A DNA stretch of 64,000 nucleotides. Source: an uncultured Thermoleophilia bacterium. GTDB lineage: Bacteria; Actinomycetota; Thermoleophilia; UBA2241. The first letter of the stretch is position 1. Each line of letters begins with the position of its first letter. Positions 26,535 to 35,203 of this stretch are shown here, piece by piece. The position numbers were made by a program, and so were the translations under genes. The notes below the pieces were generated by a model, which was given only the letters and a program-made list of their open reading frames with translations, did not search any database and was not told where the DNA came from. The stretch is from the NCBI GenBank assembly GCA_963717285.1, contig CAVQVW010000002.1, positions 516,783-580,782 of the forward strand, written 5' to 3'.

Positions 26535-29500
26535 ATGTCGGGCACACCCCCGAAGTCCACCGGAGCCGCTCTCGTGCTGGGCGGAGGCGTCGCCGGGATC
26601 CAGTGTTCACTCGACCTGGCCGAAGGCGGCTACAAGGTCTACCTCGTCGAGCGCGCTCCTGCTCTCGGCGGGCACATGGCCCAGCTGGACAAGACGTTCC
26701 CGACCAACGACTGCTCGATGTGCACGCTGGCGCCCAAGCTGGTCGAGGCCGGCCGGCACCTGGACATCGATATGATCACGAACTCCGAGCTCATCGGCCT
26801 CCAAGGCGAACCCGGCCACTTCGAGGCCAACGTCCTCCATCACGCCCGCTACGTCGACCCGGATCTCTGCACGAGCTGCGGAGAATGCGTGCCCGTCTGC
26901 CCCGTGACCGTGCGCGACAGGTACAACGAGGGCCTGAGCGAGCGCAAGGCGATCTACAAGCTCTACCCCCAGGCCATCCCCAATGCCTACGCGGTCGACA
27001 AGCTCGGCTACGCGCCCTGCAAGAGCGCTTGCGCCGTGCAGACCTCGGCCCAGGGCTACGTCGCCCTGATCCGCGAGGGCAAGTTCGCCGAGGCCTACCG
27101 CGTGGCCGCGGAGCCCAATCCCTTCCCCTCGGTCTGCGGCCGCATCTGCGCCCACGCCTGCGAGACCGACTGCACGCGCGGCAAGGTCGACGAGCCGATC
27201 GCCATCGCCAGCCTCAAGCGCTTCGTCTGCGACGTCGCCGGCCCGACGGAGCTCCCGGAAGCGCTGCCGGTGCAGCACGCCGAGAAGATCGCGATCGTCG
27301 GCGGCGGCCCCGCCGGCCTCTCGGCCGCCCGCGACCTCGCACAGTACGGCTATGCGACCACCGTCTTCGAAGCGCTGCCGGTCGCCGGCGGCATGCTGCG
27401 CGTCGGCATCCCCGATCACCGCCTGCCGCACGACGTGCTGCAGCGCGAGATCGACCAGATCTGCGCCCTGGGCGTCGACCTGCGCCTCAACCAGCGCTGT
27501 GGCGCCGACTTCACCGTCGACTCGCTGCTGGCCGACGGCTACAGCGCCGTCTTCCTCGGCGTCGGACTGCAGAAGGGCCTGCCCTCTCCGGTGCCCGGCG
27601 ACGATCTCAGCGGGACCCTGCAGGCCGTCGACTTCCTGCGCGAGGTCAATCTCGAGCGCCCGCCGGCGGTCGGCGAGCGCGTGGTCGTGATCGGCGGCGG
27701 CGACGTGGCCTTCGACGCGGCGCGCAGCGCACTGCGCATCCAGACGCCCTCAGGCGGGCTTCCCGAGGTCACGATCGCCTACCGGCGTAGTGCCGCCCAG
27801 ATGCCTGCCTCTCCCGAGGAGATCGAGGAGGGCCTCGAGGAGCAGCTCAAGATCGAGTACCTGGTCGCTCCGGTCGAGATCCTGGGCACCGACGGCAGGG
27901 TCACCGCCATCAAGCTGCAGCGCATGGAGCTGGGCGAACCGGACGAGCGCGGCCGTCGTCGTCCCGTGCCCATCGAGGGCGCCTTCATCGAGATTCCCTG
28001 CGACACGGTGATCATGGCCATCGGCCAGGCCCTCGTGGACGACTTCGCCAAGGACCTCGAGGGCGTGGTCCTCGAGCGCGACCAGATCGCCGTCGACCCC
28101 GCCACGCTGGCCACCGGCCGCAAGGGCGTGTTCGCCGGCGGGGACGTCGCCGCGATCGGACCGCTGACGGCCATCGAGGCGATCGCCGCCGGCCGGCGCG
28201 CCGCCGCCGCCATGCACAACCACCTGCGCGGTGAGAGCCTCGTCAGCCTCTGGGAGGACTCCCTGCCGGTCGCCGAGCCCGACCCGGAGATCGTCGCCAG
28301 GACCGCCGCCCAGGGCCGCGTGCCCATGCCCGTGCACGACGGCGTCACACGGCGCACCAGCTTCGACGAGGTCCGCACGGGCTACACCGAGGAGCAGGCC
28401 GTGCAGGAAGCCTCGCGCTGCCTCGACTGCGCCATCTGCAGCGAGTGCATGGAGTGCGTACACGCCTGCGGTCCCGGCGCCCTGCTGCACGAGGAGCGCG
28501 ACCAGGAGATCGAGCTCGACGTGGGAGCGGTCGTGCTGGCCACGGGCTACGACCTCCACGACCCCGGCGCGAAGAGCGAGTACGGCTACCGGCGCTACCC
28601 CAACGTGTTCTCCGCGTTGGAGTACGAGCGCCTGCTCAGCGCCAGTGGCCCGACCATCGGGGCGCTCAAGCGGCGCAGCGACGGCGCGCACCCCAAGAGG
28701 ATCGCCTTCATCCAGTGCGTCGGCTCACGCGATCAGGAGCACGAGTACTGCTCCAGCGTGTGTTGCACGTTCGCCAACAAGCAGGCGATGCTCACCATCG
28801 ATCACGAGCCGGACTGCCGGCCCGAGATCTTCCTCATGGACATGCGAGCCCAGGGCAAGGGCTTCGACGCGTTCTACCAGCGCGCCGTCGCCAAGGGTGT
28901 GAGTTTCATCCGCTCACGACCCTCATACATCAAGGAAGACCCGCTGAGCCGCGACCTCCTGATCAGCTGGGAGGACGAAGCCGGCGGGCTGCACGAGTCT
29001 CGCTACGACATGGTCGTGCTCTCTGCCGGCCTGGAGCCCGCGCGCAAGGCGCAGGAAGCCGCCGGTCACGTCGGCATCGCGCTGAACCGCCACGGCTTCT
29101 GCCGGCTCAAGGAGTTCGCGCCGCTGCAGACGAGCCGTGAGGGCGTCTTTGTCGCCGGGCCGTTTGGCGAGCCCAAGGACATCCCCGACTCTGTCGCCCA
29201 AGCCTCCGCCGCAGCGGCGAAGGTGATGACCAGCCTCGCCGACGCACGCGGCACGCTGACCATAGAGCCCGCCCACCCGACAGAGCGCGACGTCAGCGAG
29301 GAGGAGCCGCGGGTCGGCGTCTTCGTCTGCCATTGCGGCACCAACATCGCCGGCGTAGTCGATGTCGAGAACGTGGCCGACTACGCGCATGGTCTCGCCA
29401 ACGTGGTGTACTCCACAGACTCGATCTACTCGTGCTCGAGCGACAGTCTGGCGCAGATCCGCGAGAAGATCGCGGAGCACGACCTCAACCGTGTCGTCGT

Positions 29501-30980
29501 GGCCAGCTGCACGCCGCGCACGCATGAGCCCATCTTCCAGGACACGCTGCGCGAGGCCGGCCTCAATCCGTACCTCTTTGAGATGGCCAACATCCGCGAC
29601 CAGGCGAGCTGGGTGCACAACACCGAGCCGGAGAGGGCGACCGACAAGGCCCGCGATCTCGTGCGCATGTCGGTCGCCCGCGCGCGCATGCTCGAACCTC
29701 TCTACAAAGTCGACGTCCCGCTCTCGCACGCCGCCGTCATCATAGGCGGCGGGATCGCCGGCATGACGGCCGCCGACGCGCTCGGCGAGATGGGCCACGA
29801 GGTGCATCTGGTGGAGCGCGGGCCGCGGCTCGGCGGCCACGCGCTGGAGCTCAGCCGCACGATCCGCGGAGGCGATCCCGCGGAGTACGCAGGGCGACTC
29901 GAGCAGAAGCTGGTCGAGAACCCCCGTGTGCGCATCCATCTCGAGTCGGAGCTGGCCGACTTCCAGGGTTTCATCGGCAACTTCTCCGGTGTCATCGTAG
30001 CCGCCGACGGCCAGCGCACGACGGTCGACCACGGCGTCGTGGTCGTGGCCACCGGGTCCCGCGAGGAGCGCCCCGCCCTCTATGGCCTGGGCGACAACGA
30101 GCGCATCGTCACGGGCATGGACCTCGAGAGCATGCTGAAGAACGAGGACCCGGCTCTCGACGAGGTCCGATCGGTCGGCTTCGTGCTCTGCGCCGGCTCG
30201 CTCGACGAGAGCCACCCCTACTGCTCGCGCACCTGCTGTCAGCAGAGCATCAAGAACGCCATTACCCTCAAGGAGCGCGACCCGGAACGGCCCGTCTACG
30301 TGTGGTTCAAGGAGATGCGCACCTTCGGCTTCCTCGAGGAGTACTACACGAAGGCCCGCGAGCTGGGCGTCATCTTCACGCGCTACGACAACGATCAGCC
30401 GCCGCAGGTGAGCTCGAACGGCAACGTCCGCGTCGCCCATCGCGACCCGCATCTCGGGCGCGACGTCGAACTGCCTCTGGACCTCCTGGTGCTGGCCACG
30501 CCGAGCGCGCCCGCCGACGGGGCCGCCGAGCTCAGCAAGCTGCTCAAGGTGCCGCTCACCAGCGAGGGCTTCTACCTCGAGGCGCACGTCAAACTGCGTC
30601 CCGTGGACTTTGGCAGCGAGGGCATCTTCCTCTGCGGCGCGGCGCACTACCCCAAGGGCCTGGACGAGGCGATCAGTCAGGGCTGCGCTGCGGCGGCGCG
30701 TGCGGCCGCCGTCCTGGCCAAGCCCGTCATCAAGGCCGGCGGCGTCGTCGCCGAGGTCGACGAGGACAAGTGCGCAGCCTGTCTGACCTGCGTGCGTATC
30801 TGCCCCTACGACGTCCCGCTCATCGACCCCGAGACGAAGAAGGCCAAGATCGAGTCGGCCGCCTGTCAAGGCTGCGGCATCTGCGTGAGCGAATGCCCGG
30901 TGAAGGCCATCGTCCTGCATCACTACACCGATGCGCAGGTCTTCGCCAAGGAAGACGCGCTCTTCATGGAGGTGAGCTGA
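26535..30980 (+). CDS. giant HdrA-like flavoprotein with inserted GltD/NfnB-type NAD(P)H-binding module and a second HdrA-like module (HdrL-like)
   Basis: 1481 aa. HdrA N-terminus VLGGGVAGIQ...LGGHMAQLDKTFPTNDCSMC plus CTSCGECVPVCP. GltD-family module NPFPSVCGRICAHACETDC, IAIVGGGPAGLSAA and VVVIGGGDVAFDAA. HdrA hallmarks CVGSRD, YCSSVCC and VFVCHCGTNI. A second FAD module VIIGGGIAGMTAADALGEMGHEVHLVERGPRLGGH with YCSRTCC. C-terminal 2x[4Fe-4S] ferredoxin CAACLTCVRICP...CQGCGICVSECP. Confidence 0.8.
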   Translation: MSGTPPKSTGAALVLGGGVAGIQCSLDLAEGGYKVYLVERAPALGGHMAQLDKTFPTNDCSMCTLAPKLVEAGRHLDIDMITNSELIGLQGEPGHFEANVLHHARYVDPDLCTSCGECVPVCPVTVRDRYNEGLSERKAIYKLYPQAIPNAYAVDKLGYAPCKSACAVQTSAQGYVALIREGKFAEAYRVAAEPNPFPSVCGRICAHACETDCTRGKVDEPIAIASLKRFVCDVAGPTELPEALPVQHAEKIAIVGGGPAGLSAARDLAQYGYATTVFEALPVAGGMLRVGIPDHRLPHDVLQREIDQICALGVDLRLNQRCGADFTVDSLLADGYSAVFLGVGLQKGLPSPVPGDDLSGTLQAVDFLREVNLERPPAVGERVVVIGGGDVAFDAARSALRIQTPSGGLPEVTIAYRRSAAQMPASPEEIEEGLEEQLKIEYLVAPVEILGTDGRVTAIKLQRMELGEPDERGRRRPVPIEGAFIEIPCDTVIMAIGQALVDDFAKDLEGVVLERDQIAVDPATLATGRKGVFAGGDVAAIGPLTAIEAIAAGRRAAAAMHNHLRGESLVSLWEDSLPVAEPDPEIVARTAAQGRVPMPVHDGVTRRTSFDEVRTGYTEEQAVQEASRCLDCAICSECMECVHACGPGALLHEERDQEIELDVGAVVLATGYDLHDPGAKSEYGYRRYPNVFSALEYERLLSASGPTIGALKRRSDGAHPKRIAFIQCVGSRDQEHEYCSSVCCTFANKQAMLTIDHEPDCRPEIFLMDMRAQGKGFDAFYQRAVAKGVSFIRSRPSYIKEDPLSRDLLISWEDEAGGLHESRYDMVVLSAGLEPARKAQEAAGHVGIALNRHGFCRLKEFAPLQTSREGVFVAGPFGEPKDIPDSVAQASAAAAKVMTSLADARGTLTIEPAHPTERDVSEEEPRVGVFVCHCGTNIAGVVDVENVADYAHGLANVVYSTDSIYSCSSDSLAQIREKIAEHDLNRVVVASCTPRTHEPIFQDTLREAGLNPYLFEMANIRDQASWVHNTEPERATDKARDLVRMSVARARMLEPLYKVDVPLSHAAVIIGGGIAGMTAADALGEMGHEVHLVERGPRLGGHALELSRTIRGGDPAEYAGRLEQKLVENPRVRIHLESELADFQGFIGNFSGVIVAADGQRTTVDHGVVVVATGSREERPALYGLGDNERIVTGMDLESMLKNEDPALDEVRSVGFVLCAGSLDESHPYCSRTCCQQSIKNAITLKERDPERPVYVWFKEMRTFGFLEEYYTKARELGVIFTRYDNDQPPQVSSNGNVRVAHRDPHLGRDVELPLDLLVLATPSAPADGAAELSKLLKVPLTSEGFYLEAHVKLRPVDFGSEGIFLCGAAHYPKGLDEAISQGCAAAARAAAVLAKPVIKAGGVVAEVDEDKCAACLTCVRICPYDVPLIDPETKKAKIESAACQGCGICVSECPVKAIVLHHYTDAQVFAKEDALFMEVS

Positions 30981-30981
30981 G

Positions 30982-31551
30982 GTGGCCGAGGAACCGCAGG
31001 CCGTCGCGGCCGAAGCGCCACAGAGACCGGTGGACCCGGACTTCGAGCCGGAGATCATCGTCTTCGCCTGCCACTACTGCGCCTACGCCGCCGCCGACCT
31101 GGCGGGCAGCATGCGATTGCAGTACCCATCCAATATCCGCATGATCAAGCTTCCCTGTACGGGCAAGCTCGAGATCATCCACCTGCTGCGCGCCATCGAG
31201 GGCGGCGCCGACGGCGTCTACGCCGCCGGCTGTCTCGAGGGCGAGTGCCACTATCTCAAGGGCAACCTGTGGGCCCGCCGACGCATCGACTACGTCCGGG
31301 GCCTGCTCGCCGAGCTCGAGCTCGAGCCCGAACGCGTCGCCATGTACAACATGTCGTCGGCCATGGGTGCGAAGTTCGCCGAGTCGGCGACCGAGTTCAC
31401 GGAGCGCATCAAACAGCTCGGTCCCAGCCCCGCAAGGCGGCCCGGCGTCAGTCCGCACCTCGCCGCTCGCGCAGCGTTCGGCGACATTGCCATGACCGAC
31501 GAGCAAGAGCCGGCCGCCGCAGCCACCGCCGAGGAAGGAACGCGCCCATGA
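30982..31551 (+). CDS. mvhD: MvhD/FlpD-like hydrogenase delta-subunit family iron-sulfur protein
   Basis: IIVFACHYCAYAAADLAGS...IKLPCTGKLE...GADGVYAAGCLEGECHY is the MvhD signature. The GTG start is 1 nt after the hdrA-like stop, with GGAGGTG 7 nt upstream. Confidence 0.75.
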   Translation: MAEEPQAVAAEAPQRPVDPDFEPEIIVFACHYCAYAAADLAGSMRLQYPSNIRMIKLPCTGKLEIIHLLRAIEGGADGVYAAGCLEGECHYLKGNLWARRRIDYVRGLLAELELEPERVAMYNMSSAMGAKFAESATEFTERIKQLGPSPARRPGVSPHLAARAAFGDIAMTDEQEPAAAATAEEGTRP

Positions 31552-32231
31552 TCACCGCTGAACGCAAACCCTTCGACGAGATCCTGTCGCTCGTTGAGGG
31601 CAAGAAGAAGGTCCTCGTCGCCGGCTGCGATACGTGCGTTGCCATCTGCCTCAGCGGCGGCGAGAAGGAGGCCGAGATCCTCGCCAGCGAGTTGCGCATC
31701 AAGGCGCAGCAGGAGGGCCGCGAGGTCGAGGTCGAGCACACCGCCGCCATCCGCCAGTGCGAGTGGGAGTACCTCGAGATGATCGCGCAGAAGATCGAGG
31801 CTGCCGATGTCGTGCTCAGCATGGCCTGCGGCATCGGCATCCAGAGCCTGGCCGAGAAGTTCGCCCCCAAGCTGGTCATGCCGGCCGTGAACACGAACAT
31901 GCTCGGCATGCCGCAGGAGCACGCGGTATGGCTCGAGCGCTGCGTCGCTTGCGGCGAGTGCCGCATCGGCCTCACCGGAGCCATCTGCCCCGTGGTGCGT
32001 TGCAGCAAGAGCCTCATGAACGGCCCGTGCGGCGGCTCGCATGACGGCCTCTGCGAGGTCACAGGTCCGGAGAAGGAGGAGCTCGAGTGCGCCTGGGCCC
32101 TCATCTGGGAGCGTCTCAAGGCCCAGGGCCGTGAAGAACTGATGTTCGCCGACCGGCCGCCGAAGGACTGGAGCAAGAGCAGCTCCGGCGGCCCGCGCAA
32201 GATGGTGCGTGAGGAGGCGAAGCCGGTATGA
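31548..32231 (+). CDS. metV: MetV-like small subunit of acetogen-type methylene-THF reductase (Cys-rich)
   Basis: Cys clusters CDTCVAICLSGGEKE...MACGIGIQSL...CVACGECRIGLTGAICPVVRCSKSLMNGPCGG. ATGA overlap with the mvhD stop. Confidence 0.6.
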   Translation: MITAERKPFDEILSLVEGKKKVLVAGCDTCVAICLSGGEKEAEILASELRIKAQQEGREVEVEHTAAIRQCEWEYLEMIAQKIEAADVVLSMACGIGIQSLAEKFAPKLVMPAVNTNMLGMPQEHAVWLERCVACGECRIGLTGAICPVVRCSKSLMNGPCGGSHDGLCEVTGPEKEELECAWALIWERLKAQGREELMFADRPPKDWSKSSSGGPRKMVREEAKPV

Positions 32232-33172
32232 CCGCAAGCGCGCTGAAGGCGGGCAGCAATCTCGAGAGGATCCTCGCGGCGGGCGGGTTCGCGGTCACCG
32301 GCGAGTGCGGTCCCCCCAAGAGCGCCGACGGCAGCGTCATCGAGGAGAAGGCCAAGCTCCTCAAGGGCTACGTCGATGCCGTCAACATCACCGACAACCA
32401 GACGGCCGTCGTCCGCGTCTGCTCCATGGCGTCCGGCTACGCGGCCCAGCAGAACGGCCTCGAGGCGATCATGCAGATGACCTGCCGCGATCGCAACCGC
32501 CTCGCCATGCAGGCCGATATCCTAGGCGCCTCGACCCTGGGCATCAAGAACATCCTCTGCCTCACCGGCGACCACATGAGCTTCGGCAACCACCCGCAAG
32601 CCAAGGGCGTGCACGACCTCGACGCTATCAACCTGATCAAGATGTACAGAGATATGCGCGACGAGAGCAGGTTTCAGTGCGGCGACGAGATGGCGGTCGC
32701 GCCGCAGCTCTATATCGGCTGCGCCGAGAACCCCTTCGCCGACCCGTTCGAGCTGCGCGCCCTGCGACTGAAGAAGAAGATCGAGGCGGGCGCCGACTTC
32801 ATGCAGACGCAGTGCATCTTCAACCTCCCCAAGTTCAAGAAATGGATGGAAGAGGTGCGCGCCCTGGGCCTGCACCAAGAGATCAAGATCCTCGCCGGCA
32901 TCACTCCGATCAAGGGCGCCGGCATGGCCAACTACATGAAGAAGTTCGTGCCCGGAATGGACGTGCCCCAGGAGATCATCGACCGCATCGCCGCTCAGGA
33001 GAAGGGCGCCCCACAGCAGGCGGAGGGCAAGAACCTCGCCGTCGAGATGATCAAGGAGATCGCCGAGATCGAGGGCGTCGCCGGGGTGCACATCATGGCA
33101 GTGGAGTGGGAGGCGGCGGTGCCGGAGATCGTGGAGGCCGCCGGACTCATGCCGCGGCCCGCCGTGGCGTGA
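32228..33172 (+). CDS. metF: 5,10-methylenetetrahydrofolate reductase (MetF, acetogen/Hdr-associated type)
   Basis: TIM-barrel MTHFR family: FAVTGECGPPKSADG...VDAVNITDNQTAV...LCLTGDH...FMQTQCIFNL. ATGA overlap with the metV stop. Confidence 0.8.
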   Translation: MTASALKAGSNLERILAAGGFAVTGECGPPKSADGSVIEEKAKLLKGYVDAVNITDNQTAVVRVCSMASGYAAQQNGLEAIMQMTCRDRNRLAMQADILGASTLGIKNILCLTGDHMSFGNHPQAKGVHDLDAINLIKMYRDMRDESRFQCGDEMAVAPQLYIGCAENPFADPFELRALRLKKKIEAGADFMQTQCIFNLPKFKKWMEEVRALGLHQEIKILAGITPIKGAGMANYMKKFVPGMDVPQEIIDRIAAQEKGAPQQAEGKNLAVEMIKEIAEIEGVAGVHIMAVEWEAAVPEIVEAAGLMPRPAVA

Positions 33173-33182
33173 GGAGCCAGGC

Positions 33183-33770
33183 ATGACCACCTGTACCCCG
33201 AACACCACACTGGCAGCGACCGTCAGCGACGGCTGCGGAGAGAACGTCTTCAAGTGCTACCAGTGCAAACGCTGCACCTCCGGCTGCCCCGTGGCACGGT
33301 ACACAGCGATGCATCCGGCGACGATCATACGCGCCGTCCAGCTCGGACAGCCGGACATGATCTTCGACGACAAGTTCCTTTGGCTGTGCACGGGGTGCGA
33401 GACGTGCACGACGCGGTGTCCGCAAGGCATCGATGTAGCTGCCGTGATTGACCAGCTCAAGATCATCGGCCGTCGCGACGGCCGCATCCCGGCCGACGCG
33501 CCGTTCGCCAACATGGTCAAGCTCAACTTCGAGTCGATCAGGCGCTGGGGCCGGCTCTTCGAGGTAGAGATGCTGATGCGCGACAAGATGACCCGCCCGA
33601 GCTCACTGTTCGACGACGTGGGAATGGGCCTCAAGATGCTGCGCAAGGGCAAGCTCGCCCTTCTCCCGGCGCGCGGCGCCGACAGGGCGGCCGTGGACCG
33701 CATGGTCAAGGCATCCGAGGCCATCAACAAGGCCAGGGCGCAGCCCCAGCAGGGGCAGGGAGAACGATGA
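33183..33770 (+). CDS. hdrC: heterodisulfide reductase subunit C-like (2x[4Fe-4S])
   Basis: CYQCKRCTSGCP and CTGCETCTTRCP ferredoxin motifs. GAGGAG RBS. Confidence 0.75.
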   Translation: MTTCTPNTTLAATVSDGCGENVFKCYQCKRCTSGCPVARYTAMHPATIIRAVQLGQPDMIFDDKFLWLCTGCETCTTRCPQGIDVAAVIDQLKIIGRRDGRIPADAPFANMVKLNFESIRRWGRLFEVEMLMRDKMTRPSSLFDDVGMGLKMLRKGKLALLPARGADRAAVDRMVKASEAINKARAQPQQGQGER

Positions 33771-34636
33771 TGGGCGCGAGGACGATGGCCTACTATCCCG
33801 GCTGCTCGCTGCACAGCACGGCTCGCGAGCTCGACGAGAGCTTCCGGGCCACGGCCGTCGCGCTCGGCCTTCAGCTGCAGGAGATCCCCGGCTGGGTGTG
33901 CTGCGGCAACACCGCCGTGCACTCGAGCAACCGGCTGCTGGCCGCTGCCCTGCCGGTGAGCGAGCTCGCCAAGGTCGAGCAGCTCATGGGGCTCACGAGC
34001 GTCGCCGTCCCGTGCGCCGCCTGCTTCAGCCGATTCATGGCCGGGGCCCATGCGATGCAGGACCAGGAGGCCGCAGCCGACATCGCGGCTGTGGTCGGCC
34101 ACCCCTACGAAGGCACCGTGACGATCCGCAACCTCGTCGACGTGTACTACGACGAGATCGGTCTTGAGGCCCTCAAGGAACGGGCGGTCCGGCCGTTCGG
34201 CGGGCTCAAGGTCGCCTCATACTACGGCTGCCTGTTGGCCCGACCGCCGAAGGTCACCCTCGCCGAGGACCCGGAGTACCCGACACACATGGACGATGTC
34301 GTCGAGACCCTGGGGTGCGCGCCGATCCAGTGGAACTACAAGACCGACTGCTGCGGCGCCAGCCTGGCTGTCTGTGAGCAGGACATGGTGATAGACCTCA
34401 CTCACAGGATCCTGCGCGACGCCCGAGACTGCGGTGCCGAAGCCGTCGCCGTCGCCTGTCCGCTCTGCCAAGTCAACCTCGACACGCGCCAGGACGGGGT
34501 GGCCAAGAAGTACGGCGACTGGCAGCGAATGCCCATCATCTACCTGAGCCAGCTGGTCGGCCGCGCGATCGGCGTCGACGACGCCCGGCTCGGACTCAGC
34601 AAGCACATGGTCGACGTCACTGCGGCGATGCGCTGA
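33767..34636 (+). CDS. hdrB: heterodisulfide reductase subunit B-like (CCG domains)
   Basis: AYYPGCSL...WVCCGNT and YYGCLLARPP...CCGASL...ACPLCQVNLD are duplicated CCG cysteine-rich domains. ATGA overlap with the hdrC stop. Confidence 0.8.
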   Translation: MMGARTMAYYPGCSLHSTARELDESFRATAVALGLQLQEIPGWVCCGNTAVHSSNRLLAAALPVSELAKVEQLMGLTSVAVPCAACFSRFMAGAHAMQDQEAAADIAAVVGHPYEGTVTIRNLVDVYYDEIGLEALKERAVRPFGGLKVASYYGCLLARPPKVTLAEDPEYPTHMDDVVETLGCAPIQWNYKTDCCGASLAVCEQDMVIDLTHRILRDARDCGAEAVAVACPLCQVNLDTRQDGVAKKYGDWQRMPIIYLSQLVGRAIGVDDARLGLSKHMVDVTAAMR

Positions 34637-34646
34637 CGGCTGCCGC

Positions 34647-35024
34647 TCACGCCTGCGTCGTCGCCTGGTGCACGCCGATGCGATTGCCCTCGCTGTCTTT
34701 GAAGAAGCCGATGCTGCCGATCATCTCCCCCATGAAGGTGACCGGCGTGAGCACCTCACCGCCGGCCGCGAGCGCCCGAGCCATCATGCCTGCGGCGTCG
34801 CCGTTGCTGTTGAGGTAGATCGTGCAGCCGTCGGCACTCGGCCGCCGGCCCTCGCTGAGCTCAAGATCGCCGGTCACCTCGTCCGTCCCCCCAGGTAGCA
34901 GCGCCACGGTGCCGTCGGTGCCGTCCATGAGCGCGATGTCCGCCTGGAGCACAGCGCCGTAGAAGGCGCGAGCGCGGTCCATATCCGTGACTGGGATATC
35001 CGCCCAGACTATCGTGTTGGCCAT
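34647..35024 (-). CDS. VOC-family (glyoxalase/bleomycin-resistance fold) protein
   Basis: 125 aa with IVWADIPVTDMDRARAFYGAVL...GFFKDSEGNRIGVH, typical of the VOC fold. Confidence 0.6.
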   Translation of the reverse strand: MANTIVWADIPVTDMDRARAFYGAVLQADIALMDGTDGTVALLPGGTDEVTGDLELSEGRRPSADGCTIYLNSNGDAAGMMARALAAGGEVLTPVTFMGEMIGSIGFFKDSEGNRIGVHQATTQA

Positions 35025-35203
35025 GTCGTCCTCCTTGCTCGCCGGTCTGATGGGAAGAGCATCACCGCGCCTCAGCCCCTCGAAACGCCGGTCCCCCCGA
35101 TCGCCTCTTTCCCTCCGTCAGCCCCTGCGTCCTGCCCGCAAGAGCACGCGGCGAGTATGATGTGACCCGACGGAGGACGACATCCAGAAGCGAGGGAACC
35201 GCC

